Under the pieces are notes generated by a model that did not search any database, was not told where the DNA came from, and saw nothing but the letters and a program-made list of their open reading frames with translations. Both the position numbers and the translations under genes were made by a program. From an uncultured delta proteobacterium (lineage in GTDB: Bacteria; Myxococcota_A; Polyangia; Fen-1088), in NCBI GenBank assembly GCA_963755125.1, contig CAVWIP010000010.1, forward strand, positions 256,001-320,000: a DNA stretch of 64,000 nucleotides, given 5' to 3'. Shown one piece after another: positions 9,618-21,145 of the stretch (positions within the stretch are counted from its first letter, which is position 1; each line of letters begins with the position of its first letter).

Positions 9618-11012
9618 ATGAAAGCGAGAGTTCTTGTAGTGGATGACGACGTGGATGCCCGGGATGCGCTGGCCGAAGCCTTGCGGGAAGGTGGTTACGC
9701 GGTCGAGACTGCCGCGGATGCGTTCAAGGGCTTGGGAAAAGTGCCTGACTTTGCCCCGGACATGGTGCTCACCGATCTGAAGATGCCGGGCATGGACGGC
9801 CTTGAGTTTCTGCGCAAGCTGCGCGGCGGCGGGTATGAGATGCCTGTCATCATGACTACCGCCTTCTCCGACGTGGAGACCGCGGTGACGGCGCTCAAGG
9901 AGGGCGCGGCCGACTATCTGACCAAGCCGCTCGACCTCACGGAGCTGTTCGTCGTGGTCGGGCGCGAGATGGACCGACTGCGGCTTCACCGCGAAGCCGG
10001 GCTGCTTCGGGCTCGTCTGGCCGAGCGCCACGCCTTCAATAATCTGGTGGGAAGCTCGCCCGCCATGCAAAACTTGCTCAAGCTGCTGCCGCAGGTGGCA
10101 GCGTCCAAGGCCAGCGTCCTCATCACGGGCGAGGCCGGGACTGGCAAGGCGCTCGTCGCCACGGCGATTCACCAGCACAGCCCGCGCACCAGGAAGCCGT
10201 TCCTCAAGCTCCACTGCGTGGGCTTGGCAGAAGCGGTGCTGGAAAGTGAGCTATTCGGCTGCGAAGCGGATGCCCTGCCAGCAGATGCGGGCCGCCGTGA
10301 AGGACGGTTGCAGCAGGCGGCCGGTGGAACCCTGTTTCTCGACGAGATCTCCGCCCTTTCGCCCGCCTTGCAAGTGAAGCTCCTGCGCTTCCTGCAAGAG
10401 CACGCCTTCGAACGCGTGGGGGGCAAGGAAACCCTTCATCTCGACGTACGCGTGATCGCGGCCAGCAACCACAACCTGCGCGAAGAAATGGCCCAGGGCC
10501 GCTTCCGCGAAGATCTCTTCTATTGCCTGAATGTGGTCAACCTCGATCTGCCGCCCTTGCGTGCGCGGCCGTCTGACATCCTAGAGCTTGCGATGCACTT
10601 CCTGCGCACGTACGCCGACGGGGAAGGCAAGTCCCTGGAGGGTTTCTCCGACGAGACTCTCGAAAGGCTGGTCGGCTACGACTGGCCGGGCAACGTGCGC
10701 GAGTTGGAGAACGCGATTGCGCACGCGGTGGTACTGGCCAAGGGGCCAGTCGTGACAGCCATGGACCTTCCGCACAGCGTGGGGCTGGCGCGCATCGATG
10801 CGGGCGGTCCTCGCATCCCCGGCTCCAAGATGGAAGACATCGAACGACACGCGATTCTGACCACTCTGGAGGCAACCCACGGCTCCACCACGAAGGCGGC
10901 TGAGATCCTTGGCATGAGCGTGCGCACCATCCAGTACCGCCTGCAGCAATATCACAGCGCGCCCAAGAACGAATTGCATGCGCCCGCCGTGATTTTCAAG
11001 CGTCCTGATTGA
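9618..11012 (+). CDS. NtrC-family response regulator (REC-AAA+-HTH) with degenerate GAFTGA loop
   Basis: VVDDD, DLKMPGMDG, GEAGTGK, ESELFG, GGTLFLDEI, FREDLFY, WPGNVRELEN, Fis HTH; GAFTGA position reads DALPAD. Confidence 0.9.
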   Translation: MKARVLVVDDDVDARDALAEALREGGYAVETAADAFKGLGKVPDFAPDMVLTDLKMPGMDGLEFLRKLRGGGYEMPVIMTTAFSDVETAVTALKEGAADYLTKPLDLTELFVVVGREMDRLRLHREAGLLRARLAERHAFNNLVGSSPAMQNLLKLLPQVAASKASVLITGEAGTGKALVATAIHQHSPRTRKPFLKLHCVGLAEAVLESELFGCEADALPADAGRREGRLQQAAGGTLFLDEISALSPALQVKLLRFLQEHAFERVGGKETLHLDVRVIAASNHNLREEMAQGRFREDLFYCLNVVNLDLPPLRARPSDILELAMHFLRTYADGEGKSLEGFSDETLERLVGYDWPGNVRELENAIAHAVVLAKGPVVTAMDLPHSVGLARIDAGGPRIPGSKMEDIERHAILTTLEATHGSTTKAAEILGMSVRTIQYRLQQYHSAPKNELHAPAVIFKRPD

Positions 11013-11205
11013 TTTTCGTCCTGCGGGAGGGACGCCATGGTGAAGCAACCCGGGTGCGTGACCGTTTCGGGACTGGCGTCACCTCTGGGTAACGAACGTT
11101 ACCTCACGGTGCACAAAGAGAATTTGGACGAACCGTCTGCTGACGCGCCGGTTGTCGACGCGTTTGGCGCAGCCGGGGGCTCCATAGTCAAATAGCGAGG
11201 ACATT

Positions 11206-13026
<1,821 letters not shown>

Positions 13027-13108
13027 CGCCGGCGAGCCACGCCACCCGCGAGGCCTGGCCCCGGCCATGCGCAACGACGACCTCTGCCAGTCTATCCCCT
13101 CGCCCGCT

Positions 13109-15778
13109 TCAATCCTTCGAGCCCCCTTTCAACATGTCGGAAAGCTCCGCGATGGTAAATGGCTTGCCTATGCTTCCAGTAAAACCATATTCAACCGGAT
13201 TGCGCATCACGGGATCGTCAGCATACCCGCTCGCCACGAACACCGGCAGTTCCTTGTCCAGCTTGCGGATCTCAGCCACAGTTTCCTTGCCACCCATGCC
13301 GCCGCGAATGGTGAGGTCAAGAATCATCGCGACAAACCGCTGTCCGGCCTTGCTTTCCCGCACATAGAAATCAATCGCTTCCCCGCCATCTCCCTTGCAC
13401 ACCACGGTGAATCCCAACGCCTCCACCATTCGCCGCACCGTGTTCCGCACCACCTCCTCATCATCCACCACAATCACTGTTCCGCTTCCCTTCTGCCTGA
13501 TGATGGTGGCCGCGTTCACGGCAGCCGCTTCCGTCGAGGCAGGCAGGTACACGTGAAACGCGCTCCCCTTGCCCGGCTCGGACTCGACATCGATGCAACC
13601 GCCGTGGCGTCTGATGATCGAGTAGCAGGTGGCCAGTCCCAGGCCGTGCCCCTTCGTCTTGGTGGTGTAGAACGGATCGAAGATGCGAGGCATGACGTCC
13701 TTGGGTATGCCAATGCCCTGATCCTTGATTGACACCCTCACATATTGGCCCTTGGACAACGAAGGATACTCCCCTTCATCAGCAGAAACATTTCTGGCGG
13801 CGATTTCGATGAACCCGCCGTTCGGCATGGCCTGCTGTGCATTGATGACGATGTTGTCAATCACCTGGGCAATCTGGTTCTTGTCGATGTTGCACGGCCA
13901 CACGTCCTCGCCCAAGGAGAAGCGGCACGCGACGTTCGCTCCGCTCAACGCAAATTGCACGGCTTCCTGAATGAACGGCACCAAGGGAGTTATCTTCTGA
14001 GCCGGCGCTCCCCCTTTGGCAAAGGTCAGCAATTGCAAGGTCAACGCCCGAGCGCGGTTCATTGTGGCCATCGTGGCCTCAAGGTATTCGATGGCCCGCG
14101 CATCCTTCGACACTGAGCGAGCCAGTTCGACGTAGCCGAACAGCCCGGTGAGCAGGTTGTTGAAGTCGTGGGCTATGCCACCCGCGAGAACGCCAAGCGA
14201 ATCGAGCCTGGCCGCGCGTTGGATCGCGTCCATGGTCTTCTGCTTCTCGGTCATATCGCGAAACACGAGCACGACACCGATGGTCTTGCCATCCCTGTCG
14301 GTGATGGGCGCGCCGCTGTCAGCGATGACCCGCTCGCTGCCATCGCGTGAGGTGAGGAGCGCGTAGTTGGCCAGCTCGGTGATTGCCCCTGTCGCAAGCA
14401 CCTCTGCTACGGGATTCTCGCAGGGTTCACGGGTCATCTCGCTGACAATGGTGAAGACGGTTCCCAACGGCTTGCCCTCGGCCTCGCCCTGCGTCCAGCC
14501 GGTGAGTTCCTCCGCCACCCTGTTCATGATGACGATGGCACCCCTGGTGTCAGTCGTGATGACGCCGTCCCCAATGCTGCGGAGGGTGACCGCGAGGCGT
14601 TCCTTCTCCGCGGCAATGGCGGCCTCGGCCCGCTTTCGTTCGGTGATGTCGCGGATGGCAGTCACTCGCGCCATGCGGCCCTGGTAGGGCATCGGTTTGC
14701 TGTTGATCTCCCCCACGAAGGCGGTGCCATCCTTTCTTCTCCCGGCTGCCTCATAGGGCCCTAAAACGCCCTCACGAAGCCTGTTGCGGATCAGTTCGCG
14801 CGATTCAGGCATGGCCAGATTTAGGAGGTTCATGCCGATAAACTCCGACAACTCATAGCCAAACAGATCGGCCATGGCCTGATTCGCGTCCAAGATCAGA
14901 CCCTGTTCGTGAACGGCAACTCCTTCGAAGCTCGCCTGGGCAAGTCGGCTAAAACGCTCCTCGCTTTCGCGCAGTGCCCTCTCCATGCGCTTGCGTTCGC
15001 CGATGTCGCGGGTGAGGGCCATGAAAGAGGAGGGGGTACCCTCCGCATCCCTGATTACTGTGGCGCTGAGTTCCGCCTCGAACTGGGAGCCATCCTTCCT
15101 CACGAAGCGATACTCGCAGTTTCTGACCACGCCCTCTTTCAGGGTTCTCTGCATGTCCAAATTGGCATGCTGCAGTTCGTCCGGTGCGAACAGCTCGAAG
15201 GCACTTCTGCCGATCAGGTCTTCCGGACCTTCATACCCGTGCAGCAACGCGGTTTGCCGGTTGCACATCAAGATCGTGCCGGTCAGGCCGGTCTGAGTGA
15301 TGGCATCCGGTGAGGAGTCAATCAAGGCGCGATAGCGCGCCTCGCTCTCACGCAGCGCCTCCTCGGCTCGCTTGCGATCGCTGATGTCCCGACACAGGGA
15401 GAGGATGGTTTCTCTGCCCTCTGTCTCCACCGTCGTGGCGTTGATTTCAACCGGCGTCCGTCTGCCGGTTCGGTCGACGTACGTGATTTCCAGATTCCTC
15501 ACGAACCCGTCTTTCATGCACGCCGCGACGGCTAATGCGTTCTTTTCCCTCTCTTCGGCCGCGGTCCATTCCACCACGCTTCTTCCCAGGAGCTCATCGA
15601 GTCTGTCATGGCCGGAAAGGCGGACGTAGGCTTGATTCGCATCAAGGACGGTCCCGTTGCCGGCAAGAATCACATAGCCAGTGTCGGTGGTTTCGACCAG
15701 CCGCCGGTATCTTTCCTCGCTCTTCCGCAGCGCCTCTTCGGCTCGTTCCCGCTCGCTGAAATCAGCTGGCATTCGCAA
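13109..15778 (-). CDS. Cytoplasmic hybrid histidine kinase, four PAS/PAC + HisKA + HATPase + receiver
   Basis: Repeated PAS-PAC ending DI(S/T/G)(D/E)RKR; AHDFNNLL, FDPFYTTK, GLGLA; C-terminal VVDDE...LDLT...KPF. Confidence 0.92.
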   Translation of the reverse strand: MRMPADFSERERAEEALRKSEERYRRLVETTDTGYVILAGNGTVLDANQAYVRLSGHDRLDELLGRSVVEWTAAEEREKNALAVAACMKDGFVRNLEITYVDRTGRRTPVEINATTVETEGRETILSLCRDISDRKRAEEALRESEARYRALIDSSPDAITQTGLTGTILMCNRQTALLHGYEGPEDLIGRSAFELFAPDELQHANLDMQRTLKEGVVRNCEYRFVRKDGSQFEAELSATVIRDAEGTPSSFMALTRDIGERKRMERALRESEERFSRLAQASFEGVAVHEQGLILDANQAMADLFGYELSEFIGMNLLNLAMPESRELIRNRLREGVLGPYEAAGRRKDGTAFVGEINSKPMPYQGRMARVTAIRDITERKRAEAAIAAEKERLAVTLRSIGDGVITTDTRGAIVIMNRVAEELTGWTQGEAEGKPLGTVFTIVSEMTREPCENPVAEVLATGAITELANYALLTSRDGSERVIADSGAPITDRDGKTIGVVLVFRDMTEKQKTMDAIQRAARLDSLGVLAGGIAHDFNNLLTGLFGYVELARSVSKDARAIEYLEATMATMNRARALTLQLLTFAKGGAPAQKITPLVPFIQEAVQFALSGANVACRFSLGEDVWPCNIDKNQIAQVIDNIVINAQQAMPNGGFIEIAARNVSADEGEYPSLSKGQYVRVSIKDQGIGIPKDVMPRIFDPFYTTKTKGHGLGLATCYSIIRRHGGCIDVESEPGKGSAFHVYLPASTEAAAVNAATIIRQKGSGTVIVVDDEEVVRNTVRRMVEALGFTVVCKGDGGEAIDFYVRESKAGQRFVAMILDLTIRGGMGGKETVAEIRKLDKELPVFVASGYADDPVMRNPVEYGFTGSIGKPFTIAELSDMLKGGSKD

Positions 15779-15983
15779 CCTCCGGTACTGGCGATTTCCG
15801 TCTGTCGATCAGGACGTGGTCACGACGAACACGCCCCCCGGCCTACCAAGCCGGACTCGGCGCCGAAACCCGACTCCTCCAGGCGAAGCTGAAAGACCTG
15901 TCCCGACCATGGGACACAGTCTACACCCGCGCGCCCGCGCCAGGATCGCCGTCAGTGCGACGCCGCGATGAAGAACTCCGGAG

Positions 15984-17657
15984 CTACGCCGCCAACCGGC
16001 GCACCACGACCAAGGTCCGGTCGTCACGCGGCAGATCGGTGGCGCGCCGATCTGCGGCCTCGAAAATGGCCTGCTGGATCTGGTCGGCGCCGCCGCCCAC
16101 GCTGCGAACGATCTGCGCCAACTCGCGGTCTGCGGTCCCGGGCTCGGGCCAGGCGTCGCTGATGCCATCCGAGAAGACCACCAGCGTGTCGTTCGCTTGC
16201 ATCGACACCCGGGCCTCGTCGTAGTCAGAGTCGGCAAAAGAACCGAACGCCATTCCGCCTTCGCCCAGCGTCTCGCAGCGACCGTCGACACCCACCAGCA
16301 GCGGCCGGTTGTGGCCTGCATTCACGTAGGTGAGCTGACCACTGTCCGGGCACAACCGTGCGAGAAAGAAGGTGGCGTACCGGTCGGCGGGGATGTTGAG
16401 ATGGAAGTCGCCGTTGATCCGTGTCGCGGCCTCGGCCAGCGGCCCGCTCTGCCAGTTGGCGCGCACGGTGGAACGCAACTCGACCATGAGCATGGCCGCG
16501 CCCACGCCCTTGCCCGCGACATCCCCCAACGCCAGGTGCAGCAGACTGCCGTCGTAGGCGAGATCGTAGAAATCGCCGCCCACCGCCCGACTGGACTGGG
16601 TCCGGCCCGCCAGATCATAGCCGGGAACGCGCGCCGGGGTCTGCGGCAGAAGGCTCGCCTGGATCTCAGCGGCCACCCGGAGATCTTCCTGCAGCCGTCG
16701 CTGCTCCATGCCCGCCTCGAGCAGCCAGGCGGTCTCGATCTTGGCAGCCGCCGTGTTGGCCAGCACGGTCAGGATCTCAAGGTCGGCTCCGCGAAAGGGC
16801 ACGCGGTCGAGCCGGGCGCTGGCGTATAGCACTCCCAGCACGCGCACCGGCTCGCCCTGCCGGGTCGACACCCAGAGCGGAGCGCAGATCACGCGACGGA
16901 TGGGCTCGCCCGCCAGAGCAGGCTGCTGGCGCAGGTTCACGTCTTCGAGCGCGTCGCCAGCCATCACCGCTACCCGTCCCTCGATTACCTTGCGCACGAT
17001 AGCCCGGCTGATCCGCTGCTCCACAGGCCGGCCCAAACGATCGCGACCGGCTTTAAGCACCGGCTCCTGGCCGTCGCCGAGCAACATGATTGCGGCGAAA
17101 TCAGCCGGCACCGCTTCGAAAACCAGGTCGAGAATGCGATCGAAGAGCACCGGGAACGGGTGGTGCACCAACAGGCTGGCGGTCGCGTTCGCCAGCACGC
17201 GCATAGCGCGGCTCTGTGCAACGAAATCGGATACGCTCATGGTGCGATCTGGGGGCACTGCGATGCCCATGGCTGGAGTCGGCTTGCGCACGAAGGGACT
17301 TAGAGCGTCCTCGCGGCCGGGCTCGTCCGCGGGGGCGCGGCGGAAGCGAATCTCGCTATCTCCCGCCGTGACCACGTCCTGCTCGCGCAGGGGCGTCTCA
17401 CCGAGGATCGGCTTGCCGTTAACCGATACGAGCACGCTGTCGGTCTTGGCGACCACGAAGAACTCGTCTTGCCGCAAGATGATCTCGACGTGACGCAGGC
17501 AAAGACGGTTGTCCTTGAACAAGACGTCGCCCTCACCCTCTCCGCACATCACGATGATACGCCTCGCCGCAGCTGCCTGCCCCGCGGGCCATTTGATCGT
17601 GACGGTTGGTGTCTTTCTCATCCCCGCACCTGCCGAACCATCGCTATCCTCGCTCAT
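15984..17657 (-). CDS. FHA-like + GAF + SpoIIE/PP2C serine phosphatase (RsbU-like)
   Basis: RHVEI...VNG (FHA-like), ICAPL GAF, GGDFYD, GDVAGKG, NAGHNRP, FSDGI, DDRT. Confidence 0.88.
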   Translation of the reverse strand: MSEDSDGSAGAGMRKTPTVTIKWPAGQAAAARRIIVMCGEGEGDVLFKDNRLCLRHVEIILRQDEFFVVAKTDSVLVSVNGKPILGETPLREQDVVTAGDSEIRFRRAPADEPGREDALSPFVRKPTPAMGIAVPPDRTMSVSDFVAQSRAMRVLANATASLLVHHPFPVLFDRILDLVFEAVPADFAAIMLLGDGQEPVLKAGRDRLGRPVEQRISRAIVRKVIEGRVAVMAGDALEDVNLRQQPALAGEPIRRVICAPLWVSTRQGEPVRVLGVLYASARLDRVPFRGADLEILTVLANTAAAKIETAWLLEAGMEQRRLQEDLRVAAEIQASLLPQTPARVPGYDLAGRTQSSRAVGGDFYDLAYDGSLLHLALGDVAGKGVGAAMLMVELRSTVRANWQSGPLAEAATRINGDFHLNIPADRYATFFLARLCPDSGQLTYVNAGHNRPLLVGVDGRCETLGEGGMAFGSFADSDYDEARVSMQANDTLVVFSDGISDAWPEPGTADRELAQIVRSVGGGADQIQQAIFEAADRRATDLPRDDRTLVVVRRLAA

Positions 17658-17730
17658 GGAACTCTTCTCCTCGTGCACTCGCCAAAGATCGCGCCCCGGC
17701 TGGGTTTTCCTCATATCATAAGAAAACGAT

Positions 17731-18597
17731 GTGGCCCAACCGCGAACAACCTATCGCTATTGCAAGCCAGACGCCACAACGCGCCTCCGCAGCTTGCGCG
17801 ATCGAGCATGGGTTGTGCAGAAAAGGCAGCCGGATCCTGTGCCGCCGGCGGCCTCCGCAGGCCTGGCCCCGATTCTGCTTCCTTCTCCTTCTGTGGTGGT
17901 TGCGCTGCCGACTCCGATCTTCGAGGGAAGCCAGGAAAGGCTCTTTCCTGACGGCGTGGTTCTGGTAACCAGCCGCGATATCGAGGACGGTCTGGACCTA
18001 TTTCCCGAGGAATTACAAGCCATGGCACGCGCAACTTCTGCGCGTCGGTTCGAGTTCGCGTTAGGCCGGCGCTGCGCACGCGAAGCGTTGGCCATCCTGG
18101 GCGGGCCGCTCGTTGCTATACCGGTGGGCCGTTTCCGTGATCCCGTGTGGCCTTTCGGTTACGTGGGCTCTATCACGCATTGCCGAGGCTTCTGCGCTGC
18201 CGCCGCCGCCCGGACCCAGCGTGGGAGCAACTCGCGTTCGATCCGAGGCCTCGGTCTGGACAGCGCGCCGGCCACCTCGCTACCCGAGGAACTGGCAGGG
18301 GTGGTCTGCTCGGCGGACGAGTGCGCGTGGATGGCCAGGGAGCGGGGCGATGGCGTGCCCTGGGACCGGCTCTTTTTCTGCGCCAAGGAAAGCGCCTACA
18401 AGTGCCTCTTCCCGGCAACCCACCGGTTCCTCGATCTCCGCGACATGGGAGTGCGATTCGACCCGGAACGTGGCTCGTTCGACGTGACGCTGCCCAGCCT
18501 GTTTGGCTCGCCGTCGCGCCTGACCGGCCAATACTCAGTGCGAGGCGATATCCTTCTGGCTGCGACGACCTGGATAGAGGGATCTGCGTGTCCCTGA
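17731..18597 (+). CDS. 4'-phosphopantetheinyl transferase, EntD-like
   Basis: RRFEFALGRRCAREAL, PVWP..YVGSITHC, GLGLD, FCAKESAYK; true start is probably downstream of the ORF start. Confidence 0.82.
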   Translation: MAQPRTTYRYCKPDATTRLRSLRDRAWVVQKRQPDPVPPAASAGLAPILLPSPSVVVALPTPIFEGSQERLFPDGVVLVTSRDIEDGLDLFPEELQAMARATSARRFEFALGRRCAREALAILGGPLVAIPVGRFRDPVWPFGYVGSITHCRGFCAAAAARTQRGSNSRSIRGLGLDSAPATSLPEELAGVVCSADECAWMARERGDGVPWDRLFFCAKESAYKCLFPATHRFLDLRDMGVRFDPERGSFDVTLPSLFGSPSRLTGQYSVRGDILLAATTWIEGSACP

Positions 18598-18767
18598 CCA
18601 GATCCGCTCCGGGTTGTGCGCGCCGCGATGAGCGTCTACGGCCTGGGCACGATGACACTCACGGATTGCGCCGGCGTGGTGTAGAGGAACTGTTTGGCCG
18701 CGCTGGCGCCCAGCCCGGGCGCCGCAGTCAGCGCCGGTCCCGTGCGCTCTGTGGTGGAAAGATCTGG

Positions 18768-19535
18768 CTAGAAACCGACGCCGAGGGAGATGCGCAGATA
18801 GGGGAAGCGCCGTGCCACTTCCCCGACGGACACGGCCTCGACCGGGATTGGATCCTTGCCCGACCCATCGGAATACAACTTGAGAGAGAAGTCAGTGGCG
18901 TTGCCCAAGGTGTAGCCGCCCTCTACGCGACCGACGAAGGCCAGTGCGGGCAATCTCCCTGAATGGGAAAGCCGCACGGCCGGTGAGCGGACAAGCAAGC
19001 CAGCGCCTGCCGAGCCCTGGTAGAGAAACTCTCGGTCGCGCAGATCGAAGCCAGGTGAACCCATGGTCAGCGCCGCCCATCCCATCCCTCCGGCAACCCG
19101 CGCATAGGGGGAGAGCCAGCGAAACACGTCGTAGCGCAGAGACACGCCGAGGCCGAAAACTTGTGTGCTAGTCTTCTGGGGCAGATCCAGGCCGTTCGTC
19201 GTCGAGACCGTGGTTGCAAGCCAGGAGAGGTCCAGGCCTACGGTGGTCTTGCGAGCTACCCGGGGCGCGTCGTAGGACAAGGATAGTCCCGCCCCGGTTG
19301 GGCTCCGCCTGCCCCAAAGTAGCCGGGCATCGTCTTGCACCATCCAGCCGGTCTGGATCTCGGCGGCGAGTGCGAAGCGAAGTGGCTCCCACGACGTCGG
19401 GCTGGCCTCCGGTACGCTCGCTTCGAGGATGGCCGCCTCGGCGGCCGGCGCAGGGGCGCCATGGGCGACTACGGGGAGTGCAGGCAGGAGTGCGGCAGTC
19501 GAAAGAATCAGGAACCCGTGGCGGATCGTCGTCAT
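18768..19535 (-). CDS. Outer-membrane beta-barrel protein (hypothetical)
   Basis: Signal peptide, alternating amphipathic strands, C-terminal YLRISLGVGF beta-signal. Confidence 0.75.
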   Translation of the reverse strand: MTTIRHGFLILSTAALLPALPVVAHGAPAPAAEAAILEASVPEASPTSWEPLRFALAAEIQTGWMVQDDARLLWGRRSPTGAGLSLSYDAPRVARKTTVGLDLSWLATTVSTTNGLDLPQKTSTQVFGLGVSLRYDVFRWLSPYARVAGGMGWAALTMGSPGFDLRDREFLYQGSAGAGLLVRSPAVRLSHSGRLPALAFVGRVEGGYTLGNATDFSLKLYSDGSGKDPIPVEAVSVGEVARRFPYLRISLGVGF

Positions 19536-21145
19536 GGCTGACCTCGTTCAAAGTAATCACTGATAAGGAACCCGTAGGCCGAGCGCGCCCCTTTGCGATC
19601 GGGCTGGTCCGCATTGAGCACCGTCAAGTACCCGAGTTTCATCGGGTCGTTCATCTCGAGGACGACATAGCGTATTCCGTCGGCGCTCTTCGTGGCCAGC
19701 GGCGAAATACTCGCAATGGATTGGTCAAGAAGAACCTCCGCCGAGAATAGAGGCCCCTGGCCGTGGTCGACGATGTCAAGGTACTCGAGCCGGTTCGCGC
19801 CGTCCGTTCCCCACAGCCGGCTTTGCGCCGTGGCTTCAACCGTCACGTCCTGAAGGGAGCCGCTCGACCCGATCGGCTCGATGGTGCGGTCGGCGAGGTT
19901 CACGATGGAGAGGGTCGCGCCGCCAGAGGCGTATTGATAAGTGAGGAGGGCGAGGTTTCCCGGAAGCGGCGTCACGTTGACAACTGGAGCCGGTATCGAC
20001 CAGCTTTCCAGGGCCAGGCCTTGCGTCGTCTCGATGTCCTGCAGGTCGGCGAAGACCAGGGCCGTCGCGCCGGTACCGACCCCGACGAGCATCGCCCGAT
20101 CCTGGACCTGTGACGACTTGGGGCTGGTCCCCTGGAAGAGAAGAATCTGGTTGACTTGCGTCGCCGTGGGAATGGAAGTGGCATTGCCAGTCGTGGGATC
20201 GAGGATCACCAGCTGCTGAGTTGCGGGCGTCGTGACCGCGAGTCGCATGGTATCGCCGGTGCCGTACATTTCCATGTCCGAGGGCGCGCTGCCCGACCCG
20301 ATGAGCGAGAGCGAGACACGGAAATCGTTGCTGGTCGCATCCGCCGGCGTGGCCTGGGCGAGACTGATCTGGAAGATGTCGTTCGAACCGTCGGCCCGGA
20401 CGTAGATGGCCGTCCCGACCATGTCGAAGAGAACTTGAACTGGAGTGACAGTTTCCGTGCCATCCGCGACGAGAGGAACCGTGATCTCGGTGCGATTGGC
20501 ATTATCAAGATCGAGAAGCGTCACGTAGTTCGGCGCCAACACCGCCGCCAGGGTTCGCAACTGGCCGAAGAGCGTCGCGCGCGGCGAGAAGACCACGCCA
20601 CTCGGTACGCTGCCCAGGCTGCGGATGGGCCGGCTGGCCAGCGGCTTGCTTCCGTCGAGCGTCGCCACCGCCAGATCGTTGGGGTTGAAGAGCATGGAGC
20701 CGCTGGCGCCCGACGACGCCGACCCGTAGTACAGGATGGCGAAGACCCCGTCTTCGGATTGGGCGATCTGATCGAAGCGGCCGGGCAGGTCGGTAGTGAC
20801 CGGGGCTGCGTTCGACGCAGGATCGATGAGAACCAGTCTGGCTGGCTCGGCTGCGGTGCTGGAACTGCCCTGGTCGCCATTGGTCAGCACCAGAAGCTGG
20901 TTTGTGCCATTGCACTTCGCGGCCACGATGGGCGACTTGCCAGTGGCCGCCATGCGCGGCCCTAGGGCCAGGTTTGCCGGGTCGAGTAGGAAAGTCGACC
21001 CCGAGGTACTGTTCACGTAGGCCACGCTATTGTCGAGAGCGACCATGGGCAGCACAGCGCGCGAAGATGAGTCGCCAGTCGCCGCATCGTCATGGCAGCC
21101 TAGAGGCGAAGCCAGCAGGAGAGGTAAAAGGTACGCGCGTTTCAT
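19532..21145 (-). CDS. Lipoprotein, probable beta-propeller
   Basis: MKRAYLLPLLLASPLGC lipobox; all-beta repeats; ATGA coupling to both neighbours. Confidence 0.72.
   Translation of the reverse strand: MKRAYLLPLLLASPLGCHDDAATGDSSSRAVLPMVALDNSVAYVNSTSGSTFLLDPANLALGPRMAATGKSPIVAAKCNGTNQLLVLTNGDQGSSSTAAEPARLVLIDPASNAAPVTTDLPGRFDQIAQSEDGVFAILYYGSASSGASGSMLFNPNDLAVATLDGSKPLASRPIRSLGSVPSGVVFSPRATLFGQLRTLAAVLAPNYVTLLDLDNANRTEITVPLVADGTETVTPVQVLFDMVGTAIYVRADGSNDIFQISLAQATPADATSNDFRVSLSLIGSGSAPSDMEMYGTGDTMRLAVTTPATQQLVILDPTTGNATSIPTATQVNQILLFQGTSPKSSQVQDRAMLVGVGTGATALVFADLQDIETTQGLALESWSIPAPVVNVTPLPGNLALLTYQYASGGATLSIVNLADRTIEPIGSSGSLQDVTVEATAQSRLWGTDGANRLEYLDIVDHGQGPLFSAEVLLDQSIASISPLATKSADGIRYVVLEMNDPMKLGYLTVLNADQPDRKGARSAYGFLISDYFERGQP

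Noticed and set aside
11013..11205. glmS ribozyme upstream of glmS
   Set aside because: The conserved core (AGCGCC..ACT...GACGAGG) is not recognisable in the 5' region; an Rfam search would be needed to exclude it fully.
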